64,000 bases of DNA. It comes from Nemertoderma westbladi. Its lineage: Eukaryota; Animalia; Xenacoelomorpha. Shown piece after piece: positions 51,801 to 64,000 of this stretch. The notes under the pieces are model-generated. The model worked only from the letters and a program-made list of their open reading frames with translations, was not told where the DNA came from and did no database searches. Position 1 is the first letter of the stretch. Each line of letters starts with the position of its first letter. A program made the translations under genes and the position numbers. The stretch covers positions 1 through 64,000 of the forward strand of contig JAUCBJ010006846.1 of assembly GCA_032718475.1 (NCBI GenBank), in the 5' to 3' direction.

Positions 51801-54800
51801 ACTGTTAATTATGCTCTCAAACTACATAGGATTCTGTTGTCACTCGATTCGATTATAATTAGTTTGAAAAACCTCACTGTTAATTATGCTCTCAAACTAC
51901 ATAGGATTCTGTTGTCACTCGATTCGATTAAATTAGGTTGAAGAACCTCACTGTTAATTATGATCTCAAACTACATAGGATTCTGTTGTCACTCGATTCG
52001 ATTCTAATTAGGTTGAAGAACCTCACTGTTAATTATGCTCTCAAACTACATAGGATTCTGTTGTCACTCGATTCGATTCTAATTAGGTTGAAGAACCTCA
52101 ATGTTAATTATGCTCTCAAACTACATAGGATTCTGTTGTCACTCGATTCGATTCTAATTAGGTTGAAGAACCTCACTGTTAATTATGATTTCAAACTACA
52201 TAGGATTCTGTTGTCACGATTCGATTCTAATTAGTTTGAAGAACCTCACTGTTAATTATGCTCTCAAACTACATAGGATTCTGTTGTCACGATTCGATTC
52301 TAATTAGTTTGAAGAACCTCACTGCTAATTATGCTCTCAAACTACATAGGATTCTGTTGTCGCGATTCGATTCTAATTAGTTTGAAGAACCTCACTGCTA
52401 ATTATGCTCTCAAACTACATAGGATTCTGTTGTCACGATTCGATTCTAATTAGTTTGAAGAACCTCACTGCTAATTATGCTCTCAAACTACATAGGATTC
52501 TGTTGTCACTCGATTCGAATCTAATTAGGTTGAAGAACCTCACTGTTAATTATGATCTCAAACTACATAGGATTCTGTTGTCACTCGATTCGATTCTAAT
52601 TAGGTTGAAGAACCTCACTGTTAATTATGCTCTCAAACTACATAGGATTCTGTTGTCACGATTCGATTATAATTAGTTTGAAGAACCTCACTGTTAATTA
52701 TGATCTCAAACTACACAGGATTCTGTTGTCACGATTCGATTATAATTAGTTTGAAGAACCTCACTGCTAATTATGCTCTCAAAATACATAGGATTCTGTT
52801 GTCACACGATTCGATTCTAATTAGGTTGAAGAACCTCACTGTTAATTATGCTCTCAAACTACATAGGATTCTGTTGTCACTCGATTCGATTATAATTAGT
52901 TTGAAGAACCTCACTGCTAATTATGCTCTCAAACTACATAGGATTCTGTTGTCACTCGATTCGATTCTAATTAGTTTGAAGAACCTCACTGTTAATTATG
53001 CTCTCAGATTACATAGGATTCTGTTGTCACTCGATTCGATTATAATTAGTTTGAAGAACCTCACTGTTAATTATGCTCTCAAACTACATAGGATTCTGTT
53101 GTCACTCGATTCGATTCTAATTAGTTTGAAGAACCTCACTGATAATTATGCTCTCAAATTACATAGGATTCTGTTGTCACTCGATTCGATTCTAATTAGT
53201 TTGAAGAACCTCACTGATAATTATGCTCTCAAACTACATAGGATTCTGTTGTCACTCGATTCGATTCTAATTAGTTTGAAGAACCTCACTGTTAATTATG
53301 ATCTCAAACTACATAGGATTCTGTTGTCACTCGATTCGATTCTAATTAGGTTGAAGAACCTCACTGTTAATTATGCTCTCAAACTACATAGGATTCTGTT
53401 GTCACTCGATTCGATTCTAATTAGTTTGAAGAACCTCACTGTTAATTATGATCTCAAACTACATAGGATTCTGTTGTCACACGATTCGATTCTAATTAGT
53501 TTGAAGAACCTCACTGATAATTATGCTCTCAAACTACATAGGATTCTGTTGTCACTCGATTCGATTCTAATTAGTTTGAAGAACCTCACTGATAATTATG
53601 CTCTCAAATTACATAGGATTATGTTGTCACTCGATTCGATTCTAATTAGTTTGAAGAACCTCACTGATAATTATGCTCTCAAACTACATAGGATTCTGTT
53701 GTCACTCGATTCGATTCTAATTAGTTTGAAGAACCTCACTGCTAATTATGCTCTCAAACTACATAGGATTCTGTTGTCACGATTCGATTATAACTAGGTT
53801 GAAGAACCTCACTGTTAATTATGCTCTCAAACTACATAGGATTCTGTTGTCACGATTCGATTCTAATTAGTTTGAAGAACCTCACTGTTAATTATGCTCT
53901 CAAACTACATAGGATTCTGTTGTCACTCGATTCGATTCTAATTAGGTTGAAGAACCTCACTGTTAATTATGCTCTCAAACTACATAGGATTCTGTTGTCA
54001 CTCGATTCGATTCTAATTAGTTTGAAGAACCTCACTGTTAATTATGATCTCAAACTACATAGGATTCTGTTGTCACACGATTCGATTCTAATTAGTTTGA
54101 AGAACCTCACTGATAATTATGCTCTCAAACTACATAGGATTCTGTTGTCACTCGATTCGATTCTAATTAGTTTGAAGAACCTCACTGATAATTATGCTCT
54201 CAAATTACATAGGATTATGTTGTCACTCGATTCGATTCTAATTAGTTTGAAGAACCTCACTGATAATTATGCTCTCAAACTACATAGGATTCTGTTGTCA
54301 CTCGATTCGATTCTAATTAGTTTGAAGAACCTCACTGCTAATTATGCTCTCAAACTACATAGGATTCTGTTGTCACGATTCGATTATAACTAGGTTGAAG
54401 AACCTCACTGTTAATTATGCTCTCAAACTACATAGGATTCTGTTGTCACGATTCGATTCTAATTAGTTTGAAGAACCTCACTGTTAATTATGCTCTCAAA
54501 CTACATAGGATTCTGTTGTCACTCGATTCGATTCTAATTAGGTTGAAGAACCTCACTGTTAATTATGCTCTCAAACTACATAGGATTCTGTTGTCACTCG
54601 ATTCGATTCTAATTAGTTTGAAGAACCTCACTGATAATTATGCTCTCAAACTACATAGGATTCTGTTGTCACTCGATTCGATTCTAATTAGTTTGAAAAA
54701 CCTCACTGCTAATTATGCTCTCAAACTACATAGGATTCTGTTGTCACTCGATTCGATTATAATTAGTTTGAAGAACCTCACTGTTAATTATACTCTCAAA

Positions 54801-57800
54801 CTACATAGGATTCTGTTGTCACTCGATTCGATTCTAATTAGGTTGAAGAACCTCACTGTTAATTATGCTCTCAAACTACATAGGATTCTGTTGTCACTCG
54901 ATTCGATTATAATTAGTTTGAAAAACCTCACTGTTAATTATGCTCTCAAACTACATAGGATTCTGTTGTCACTCGATTCGATTCTAATTAGGTTGAAGAA
55001 CCTCACTGTTAATTATGCTCTCAAACTACATAGGATTCTGTTGTCACTCGATTCGATTATAATTAGTTTGTAAAACCTCACTGTTAATTATGCTCTCAAA
55101 CTACATAGGATTCTGTTGTCACACGATTCGATTCTAATTAGTTTGAAGAACCTCACTGTTAATTATACTCTCAAACTACATAGGATTCTGTTGTCACTCG
55201 ATTCGATTCTAATTAGGTTGAAGAACCTCACTGTTAATTATGCTCTCAAACTACATAGGATTCTGTTGTCACACGATTCGATTCTAATTAGTTTGAAGAA
55301 CCTCACTGTTAATTATACTCTCAAACTACATAGGATTCTGTTGTCACTCGATTCGATTCTAATTAGGTTGAAGAACCTCACTGTTAATTATGCTCTCAAA
55401 CTACATAGGATTCTGTTGTCACTCGATTCGATTCTAATTAGGTTGAAGAACCTCACTGTTAATTATGCTCTCAAACTACATAGGATTCTGTTGTCACTCG
55501 ATTCGATTAAATTAGGTTGAAGAACCTCACTGTTAATTATGATCTCAAACTACATAGGATTCTGTTGTCACTCGATTCGATTCTAATTAGGTTGAAGAAC
55601 CTCACTGTTAATTATGCTCTCAAACTACATAGGATTCTGTTGTCACTCGATTCGATTCTAATTAGGTTGAAGAACCTCAATGTTAATTATGCTCTCAAAC
55701 TACATAGGATTCTGTTGTCACTCGATTCGATTCTAATTAGGTTGAAGAACCTCACTGTTAATTATGATCTCAAACTACATAGGATTCTGTTGTCACGATT
55801 CGATTCTAATTAGTTTGAAGAACCTCACTGTTAATTATGCTCTCAAACTACATAGGATTCTGTTGTCACGATTCGATTCTAATTAGTTTGAAGAACCTCA
55901 CTGCTAATTATGCTCTCAAACTACATAGGATTCTGTTGTCGCGATTCGATTCTAATTAGTTTGAAGAACCTCACTGCTAATTATGCTCTCAAACTACATA
56001 GGATTCTGTTGTCACGATTCGATTCTAATTAGTTTGAAGAACCTCACTGCTAATTATGCTCTCAAACTACATAGGATTCTGTTGTCACTCGATTCGAATC
56101 TAATTAGGTTGAAGAACCTCACTGTTAATTATGATCTCAAACTACATAGGATTCTGTTGTCACTCGATTCGATTCTAATTAGGTTGAAGAACCTCACTGT
56201 TAATTATGCTCTCAAACTACATAGGATTCTGTTGTCACGATTCGATTATAATTAGTTTGAAGAACCTCACTGTTAATTATGATCTCAAACTACACAGGAT
56301 TCTGTTGTCACGATTCGATTATAATTAGTTTGAAGAACCTCACTGTTAATTATGATCTCAAACTACACAGGATTCTGTTGTCACTCGATTCGATTATAAT
56401 TAGTTTGAAGAACCTCACTGTTAATTATGATCTCAAACTACATAGAATTCTGTTGTCACTCGATTCGATTCTAATTAGGTTGAAGAACCTCACTGTTAAT
56501 TATGCTCTCAAACTACATAGGATTCTGTTGTCACTCGATTCGATTCTAATTAGGTTGAAGAACCTCACTGTTAATTATGCTCTCAAACTACATAGGATTC
56601 TGTTGTCACGATTCGATTCTAATTAGTTTGAAGAACCTCACTGCTAATTATGCTCTCAAACTACATAGGATTCTGTTGTCACTCGATTCGAATCTAATTA
56701 GGTTGAAGAACCTCACTGTTAATTATGATCTCAAACTACATAGGATTCTGTTGTCACTCGATTCGATTCTAATTAGGTTGAAGAACCTCACTGTTAATTA
56801 TGCTCTCAAACTACATAGGATTCTGTTGTCACGATTCGATTATAATTAGTTTGAAGAACCTCACTGTTAATTATGATCTCAAACTACACAGGATTCTGTT
56901 GTCACGATTCGATTATAATTAGTTTGAAGAACCTCACTGTTAATTATGCTCTCAAACTACATAGGATTCTGTTGTCACTCGATTCGATTCTAATTAGTTT
57001 GAAGAACCTCACTGTTAATTATGCTCTCAAACTACATAGGATTCTGTTGTCACGATTCGATTCTAATTAGTTTGAAGAACCTCACTGCTAATTATGCTCT
57101 CAAACTACATAGGATTCTGTTGTCACTCGATTCGATTATAATTAGTTTGAAGAACCTCACTGCTAATTATGCTCTCAAACTACATAGGATTCTGTTGTCA
57201 CTCGATTCGATTCTAATTAGTTTGAAGAACCTCACTGTTAATTATGCTCTCAAATTACATAGGATTCTGTTGTCACTCGATTCGATTATAATTAGTTTGA
57301 AGAACCTCACTGTTAATTATGCTCTCAAACTACATAGGATTCTGTTGTCACTCGATTCGATTCTAATTAGTTTGAAGAACCTCACTGATAATTATGCTCT
57401 CAAATTACATAGGATTCTGTTGTCACTCGATTCGATTCTAATTAGTTTGAAGAACCTCACTGATAATTATGCTCTCAAACTACATAGGATTCTGTTGTCA
57501 CTCGATTCGATTCTAATTAGTTTGAAGAACCCCACTGTTAATTATGCTCTCAAACTACATAGGATTCTGTTGTCACACGATTCGATTCTAATTAGTTTGA
57601 AGAACCTCACTGTTAATTATGCTCTCAAACTAAATAGGATTCTGTTGTCACACGATTCGATTCTAATTAGTTTGAAGAACCTCACTGATAATTATGCTCT
57701 CAAATTACATAGGATTCTGTTGTCACTCGATTCGATTCTAATTAGTTTGAAGAACCTCACTGATAATTATGCTCTCAAACTACATAGGATTCTGTTGTCA

Positions 57801-60800
57801 CTCGATTCGATTCTAATTAGTTTGAAGAACCTCACTGTTAATTATGCTCTCAAACTACATAGGATTCTGTTGTCACACGATTCGATTCTAATTAGTTTGA
57901 AGAACCTCACTGATAATTATGCTCTCAAACTACATAGGATTCTGTTGTCACTCGATTCGATTCTAATTAGTTTGAAGAACCTCACTGTTAATTATGCTCT
58001 CAAACTACATAGGATTCTGTTGTCACACGATTCGATTCTAATTAGTTTGAAGAACCTCACTGATAATTATGCTCTCAAACTACATAGGATTCTGTTGTCA
58101 CTCGATTCGATTATAATTAGTTTGAAGAACCTCACTGTTAATTATGCTCTCAAACTACATAGGATTCTGTTGTCACACGATTCGATTCTAATTAGTTTGA
58201 AGAACCTCACTGTTAATTATGCTCTCAAACTACATAGGATTCTGTTGTCACACGATTCGATTCTAATTAGTTTGAAGAACCTCACTGATAATTATGCTCT
58301 CAAACTACATAGGATTCTGTTGTCACACGATTCGATTCTAATTAGTTTGAAGAACCTCACTGATAATTATGCTCTCAAACTACATAGGATTCTGTTGTCA
58401 CTCGATTCGATTCTAATTAGTTTGAAGAACCTCACTGTTAATTATGCTCTCAAACTACATAGGATTCTGTTGTCACTCGATTCGATTATAATTAGTTTGA
58501 AGAACCTCACTGTTAATTATGCTCTCAAACTACATAGGATTCTGTTGTCACACGATTCGATTCTAATTAGTTTGAAGAACCTCACTGTTAATTATGCTCT
58601 CAAACTACATAGGATTCTGTTGTCACACGATTCGATTCTAATTAGTTTGAAGAACCTCACTGATAATTATGCTCTCAAACTACATAGGATTCTGTTGTCA
58701 CACGATTCGATTCTAATTAGTTTGAAGAACCTCACTGATAATTATGCTCTCAAACTACATAGGATTCTGTTGTCACTCGATTCGATTCTAATTAGTTTGA
58801 AGAACCTCACTGTTAATTATGCTCTCAAACTACATAGGATTCTGTTGTCACACGATTCGATTCTAATTAGTTTGAAGAACCTCACTGATAATTATGCTCT
58901 CAAACTACATAGGATTCTGTTGTCACTCGATTCGATTCTAATTAGTTTGAAGAACCTCACTGATAATTATGCTCTCAAATTACATAGGATTATGTTGTCA
59001 CTCGATTCGATTCTAACTAGGTTGAAGAACCTCACTGATAATTATGCTCTCAAACTACATAGGATTCTGTTGTCACTCGATTCGATTCTAATTAGTTTGA
59101 AGAACCTCACTGATAATTATGCTCTCAAACTACATAGGATTCTGTTGTCACTCGATTCGATTCTAATTAGTTTGAAGAACCTCACTGCTAATTATGCTCT
59201 CAAACTACATAGGATTCTGTTGTCACTCGATTCGATTCTAATTAGGTTGAAGAACCTCACTGTTAATTATGATCTCAAACTACATAGGATTCTGTTGTCA
59301 CTCGATTCGATTCTAATTAGTTTGAAGAACCTCACTGATAATTATGCTCTCAAACTACATAGGATTCTGTTGTCACACGATTCGATTCTAATTAGTTTGA
59401 AGAACCTCACTGTTAATTATGCTCTCAAACTACATAGGATTCTGTTGTCACACGATTCGATTCTAATTAGTTTGAAGAACCTCACTGATAATTATGCTCT
59501 CAAACTACATAGGATTCTGTTGTCACTCGATTCGATTCTAATTAGTTTGAAGAACCTCACTGATAATTATGCTCTCAAATTACATAGGATTATGTTGTCA
59601 CTCGATTCGATTCTAATTAGGTTGAAGAACCTCGCTGATAATTATGCTCTCAAACTACATAGGATTCTGTTGTCACTCGATTCGATTCTAATTAGTTTGA
59701 AGAACCTCACTGATAATTATGCTCTCAAACTACATAGGATTCTGTTGTCACTCGATTCGATTCTAATTAGTTTGAAGAACCTCACTGCTAATTATGCTCT
59801 CAAACTACATAGGATTCTGTTGTCACTCGATTCGATTCTAATTAGGTTGAAGAACCTCACTGTTAATTATGATCTCAAACTACATAGGATTCTGTTGTCA
59901 CTCGATTCGATTCTAATTAGTTTGAAGAACCTCACTGATAATTATGCTCTCAAACTACATAGGATTCTGTTGTCACACGATTCGATTCTAATTAGTTTGA
60001 AGAACCTCACTGTTAATTATGCTCTCAAACTACATAGGATTCTGTTGTCACACGATTCGATTCTAATTAGTTTGAAGAACCTCACTGATAATTATGCTCT
60101 CAAACTACATAGGATTCTGTTGTCACACGATTCGATTCTAATTAGTTTGAAGAACCTCACTGATAATTATGCTCTCAAACTACATAGGATTTTGTTGTCA
60201 CTCGATTCGATTCTAATTAGTTTGAAGAACCTCACTGTTAATTATGCTCTCAAACTACATAGGATTCTGTTGTCACACGATTCGATTCTAATTAGTTTGA
60301 AGAACCTCACTGATAATTATGCTCTCAAACTACATAGGATTCTGTTGTCACTCGATTCGATTCTAATTAGTTTGAAGAACCTCACTGATAATTATGCTCT
60401 CAAACTACATAGGATTCTGTTGTCACTCGATTCGATTCTAATTAGTTTGAAGAACCTCACTGCTAATTATGCTCTCAAACTACATAGGATTCTGTTGTCA
60501 CTCGATTCGATTCAAATTAGGTTGAAGAACCTCACTGTTAATTATGCTCTCAAACTACATAGGATTCTGTTGTCACTCGATTCGATTTTAATTAGTTTGA
60601 AGAACCTCACTGATAATTATGCTCTCAAACTACATAGGATTCTGTTGTCACTCGATTCGATTATAATTAGTTTGAAGAACCTCACTGTTAATTATGCTCT
60701 CAAACTACATAGGATTCTGTTGTCACTCGATTCGATTCTAATTAGGTTGAAGAACCTCACTGTTAATTATGCTCTCAAACTACATAGGATTCTGTTGTCA

Positions 60801-63800
60801 CTCGATTCGATTATAATTAGTTTGAAGAACCTCACTGTTAATTATGCTCTCAAACTACATAGGATTCTGTTGTCACTCGATTCGATTAAATTAGGTTGAA
60901 GAACCTCACTGCTAATTATGCTCTCAAACTACATAGGATTCTGTTGTCACTCGATTCGATTCTAATTAGGTTGAAGAACCTCACTGTTAATTATGCTCTC
61001 AAACTACATAGGATTCTGTTGTCACTCGATTCGATTCTAATTAGGTTGAAGAACCTCACTGTTAATTATGATCTCAAACTACATAGGATTCTGTTGTCAC
61101 GATTCGATTCTAATTAGTTTGAAGAACCTCACTGTTAATTATGCTCTCAAACTACATAGGATTCTGTTGTCACGATTCGATTCTAATTAGTTTGAAGAAC
61201 CTCACTGTTAATTATGCTCTCAAACTACATAGGATTCTGTTGTCACGATTCGATTCTAATTAGTTTGAAGAACCTCACTGTTAATTATGATCTCAAACTA
61301 CATAGGATTCTGTTGTCACTCGATTCGATTCTAATTAGGTTGAAGAACCTCACTGTTAATTATGCTCTCAAACTACATAGGATTCTGTTGTCACGATTCG
61401 ATTATAATTAGTTTGAAGAACCTCACTGTTAATTATGATCTCAAACTACACAGGATTCTGTTGTCACGATTCGATTATAATTAGTTTGAAGAACCTCACG
61501 GTTAATTATGATCTCAAACTACATAGGATTCTGTTGTCACTCGATTCGATTCTAATTAGGTTGAAGAACCTCACTGTTAATTATGCTCTCAAACTACATA
61601 GGATTCTGTTGTCACTCGATTCGATTCTAATTAGGTTGAAGAACCTCACTGTTAATTATGCTCTCAAACTACATAGGATTCTGTTGTCACTCGATTCGAT
61701 TCTAATTAGTTTGAAGAACCTCACTGTTAATTATGATCTCAAACTACATAGGATTCTGTTGTCACTCGATTCGATTCTAATTAGGTTGAAGAACCTCACT
61801 GTTAATTATGCTCTCAAACTACATAGGATTCTGTTGTCACGATTCGATTCTAATTAGGTTGAAGAACCTCACTGTTAATTATGATCTCAAACTACATAGG
61901 ATTCTGTTGTCACTCGATTCGATTCTAATTAGGTTGAAGAACCTCACTGTTAATTATGCTCTCAAATTACATAGGATTCTGTTGTCACTCGATTCGATTC
62001 TAATTAGGTTGAAGAACCTCACTGTTAATTATGCTCTCAAACTACATAGGATTCTGTTGTCACTCGATTCGATTCTAATTAGGTTGAAGAACCTCACTGA
62101 TAATTATGCTCTCAAATTACATAGGATTCTGTTGTCACTCGATTCGATTCTAATTAGTTTGAAGAACCTCACTGCTAATTATGCTCTCAAACTACATAGG
62201 ATTCTGTTGTCACTCGATTCGATTATAATTAGTTTGAAGAACCTCACTGCTAATTATGCTCTCAAACTACATAGGATTCTGTTGTCACTCGATTCGATTA
62301 TAATTAGTTTGAAGAACCTCACTGCTAATTATGCTCTCAAACTACATAGGATTCTGTTGTCACTCGATTCGATTCTAATTAGTTTGAAAAACCTCACTGC
62401 TAATTATGCTCTCAAACTACATAGGATTCTGTTGTCACTCGATTCGATTCTAATTAGTTTGAAGAACCTCACTGCTAATTATGCTCTCAAACTACATAGG
62501 ATTCTGTTGTCACTCGATTCGATTATAATTAGTTTGAAGAACCTCACTGCTAATTATGCTCTCAAACTACATAGGATTCTGTTGTCACTCGATTCGATTC
62601 TAATTAGTTTGAAGAACCTCACTGTTAATTATGCTCTCAGATTACATAGGATTCTGTTGTCACTCGATTCGATTATAATTAGTTTGAAGAACCTCACTGT
62701 TAATTATGCTCTCAAACTACATAGGATTCTGTTGTCACTCGATTCGATTCTAATTAGTTTGAAGAACCTCACTGATAATTATGCTCTCAAATTACATAGG
62801 ATTCTGTTGTCACTCGATTCGATTCTAATTAGTTTGAAGAACCTCACTGATAATTATGCTCTCAAACTACATAGGATTCTGTTGTCACTCGATTCGATTC
62901 TAATTAGTTTGAAGAACCTCACTGTTAATTATGCTCTCAAACTACATAGGATTCTGTTGTCACACGATTCGATTCTAATTAGTTTGAAGAACCTCACTGT
63001 TAATTATGCTCTCAAACTACAGAGGATTCTGTTGTCACACGATTCGATTCTAATTAGTTTGAAGAACCTCACTGATAATTATGCTCTCAAATTACATAGG
63101 ATTCTGTTGTCACTCGATTCGATTCTAATTAGTTTGAAGAACCTCACTGATAATTATGCTCTCAAACTACATAGGATTCTGTTGTCACTCGATTCGATTC
63201 TAATTAGTTTGAAGAACCTCACTGTTAATTATGCTCTCAAACTACATAGGATTCTGTTGTCACACGATTCGATTCTAATTAGTTTGAAGAACCTCACTGA
63301 TAATTATGCTCTCAAACTACATAGGATTCTGTTGTCACTCGATTCGATTCTAATTAGTTTGAAGAACCTCACTGTTAATTATGCTCTCAAACTACATAGG
63401 ATTCTGATGTCACACGATTCGATTCTAATTAGTTTGAAGAACCTCACTGATAATTATGCTCTCAAACTACATAGGATTCTGTTGTCACTCGATTCGATTA
63501 TAATTAGTTTGAAGAACCTCACTGTTAATTATGCTCTCAAACTACATAGGATTCTGTTGTCACACGATTCGATTCTAATTAGTTTGAAGAACCTCACTGT
63601 TAATTATGCTCTCAAACTACATAGGATTCTGTTGTCACACGATTCGATTCTAATTAGTTTGAAGAACCTCACTGATAATTATGCTCTCAAACTACATAGG
63701 ATTCTGTTGTCACACGATTCGATTCTAATTAGTTTGAAGAACCTCACTGATAATTATGCTCTCAAACTACATAGGATTCTGTTGTCACTCGATTCGATTC

Positions 63801-64000
63801 TAATTAGTTTGAAGAACCTCACTGTTAATTATGCTCTCAAACTACATAGGATTCTGTTGTCACACGATTCGATTCTAATTAGTTTGAAGAACCTCACTGA
63901 TAATTATGCTCTCAAACTACATAGGATTCTGTTGTCACTCGATTCGATTCTAATTAGTTTGAAGAACCTCACTGATAATTATGCTCTCAAATTACATAGG
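36887..64000. repeat. 75-bp tandem satellite, about 360 copies, running off the right edge
   Basis: The consensus is AGGATTCTGTTGTCACTCGATTCGATTCTAATTAGTTTGAAGAACCTCACTGTTAATTATGCTCTCAAACTACAT. Recurrent 73-bp and 74-bp variants and a few polymorphic sites are present. Confidence 0.99.

Noticed and set aside
37164-61857. Dozens of long ORFs annotated as LRR-like proteins
   Set aside because: They are translations of a 75-bp satellite with recurrent frameshifting units, no unique domains and no credible start, so they were not called as CDS.

Overview
This is eukaryotic DNA, probably from an invertebrate animal, with about 32 kb of AT-rich, transposon-littered sequence between two satellite arrays. 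On the left is a 22-bp palindrome-containing satellite (1-~4340) that starts immediately after the stop codon of a two-exon DENND6 gene on the minus strand (exon 1 9345-9552, exon 2 4345-5954). On the right is a 75-bp satellite of at least 27 kb (~36887-64000); all of the long 'LKNLTVNYALKLHRILLSLDSILIS' ORFs come from it. Between them are an intronless type II membrane fibrinogen-related gene, a Bel/Pao gag-protease with no pol, and a pair of ~410-bp LTR-like direct repeats enclosing both. The middle also holds a TSD-flanked Mutator-like foldback element with a nested DINE/HINE-like element, an RTE-type LINE with its RT deleted in frame, a CRE-type LINE fragment, and a small zinc-knuckle-only element with diverged terminal repeats. 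Several hairpins and minisatellites are scattered through it. All calls come from reading the sequence and from motif memory; no database searches were run and identities are estimated by eye.
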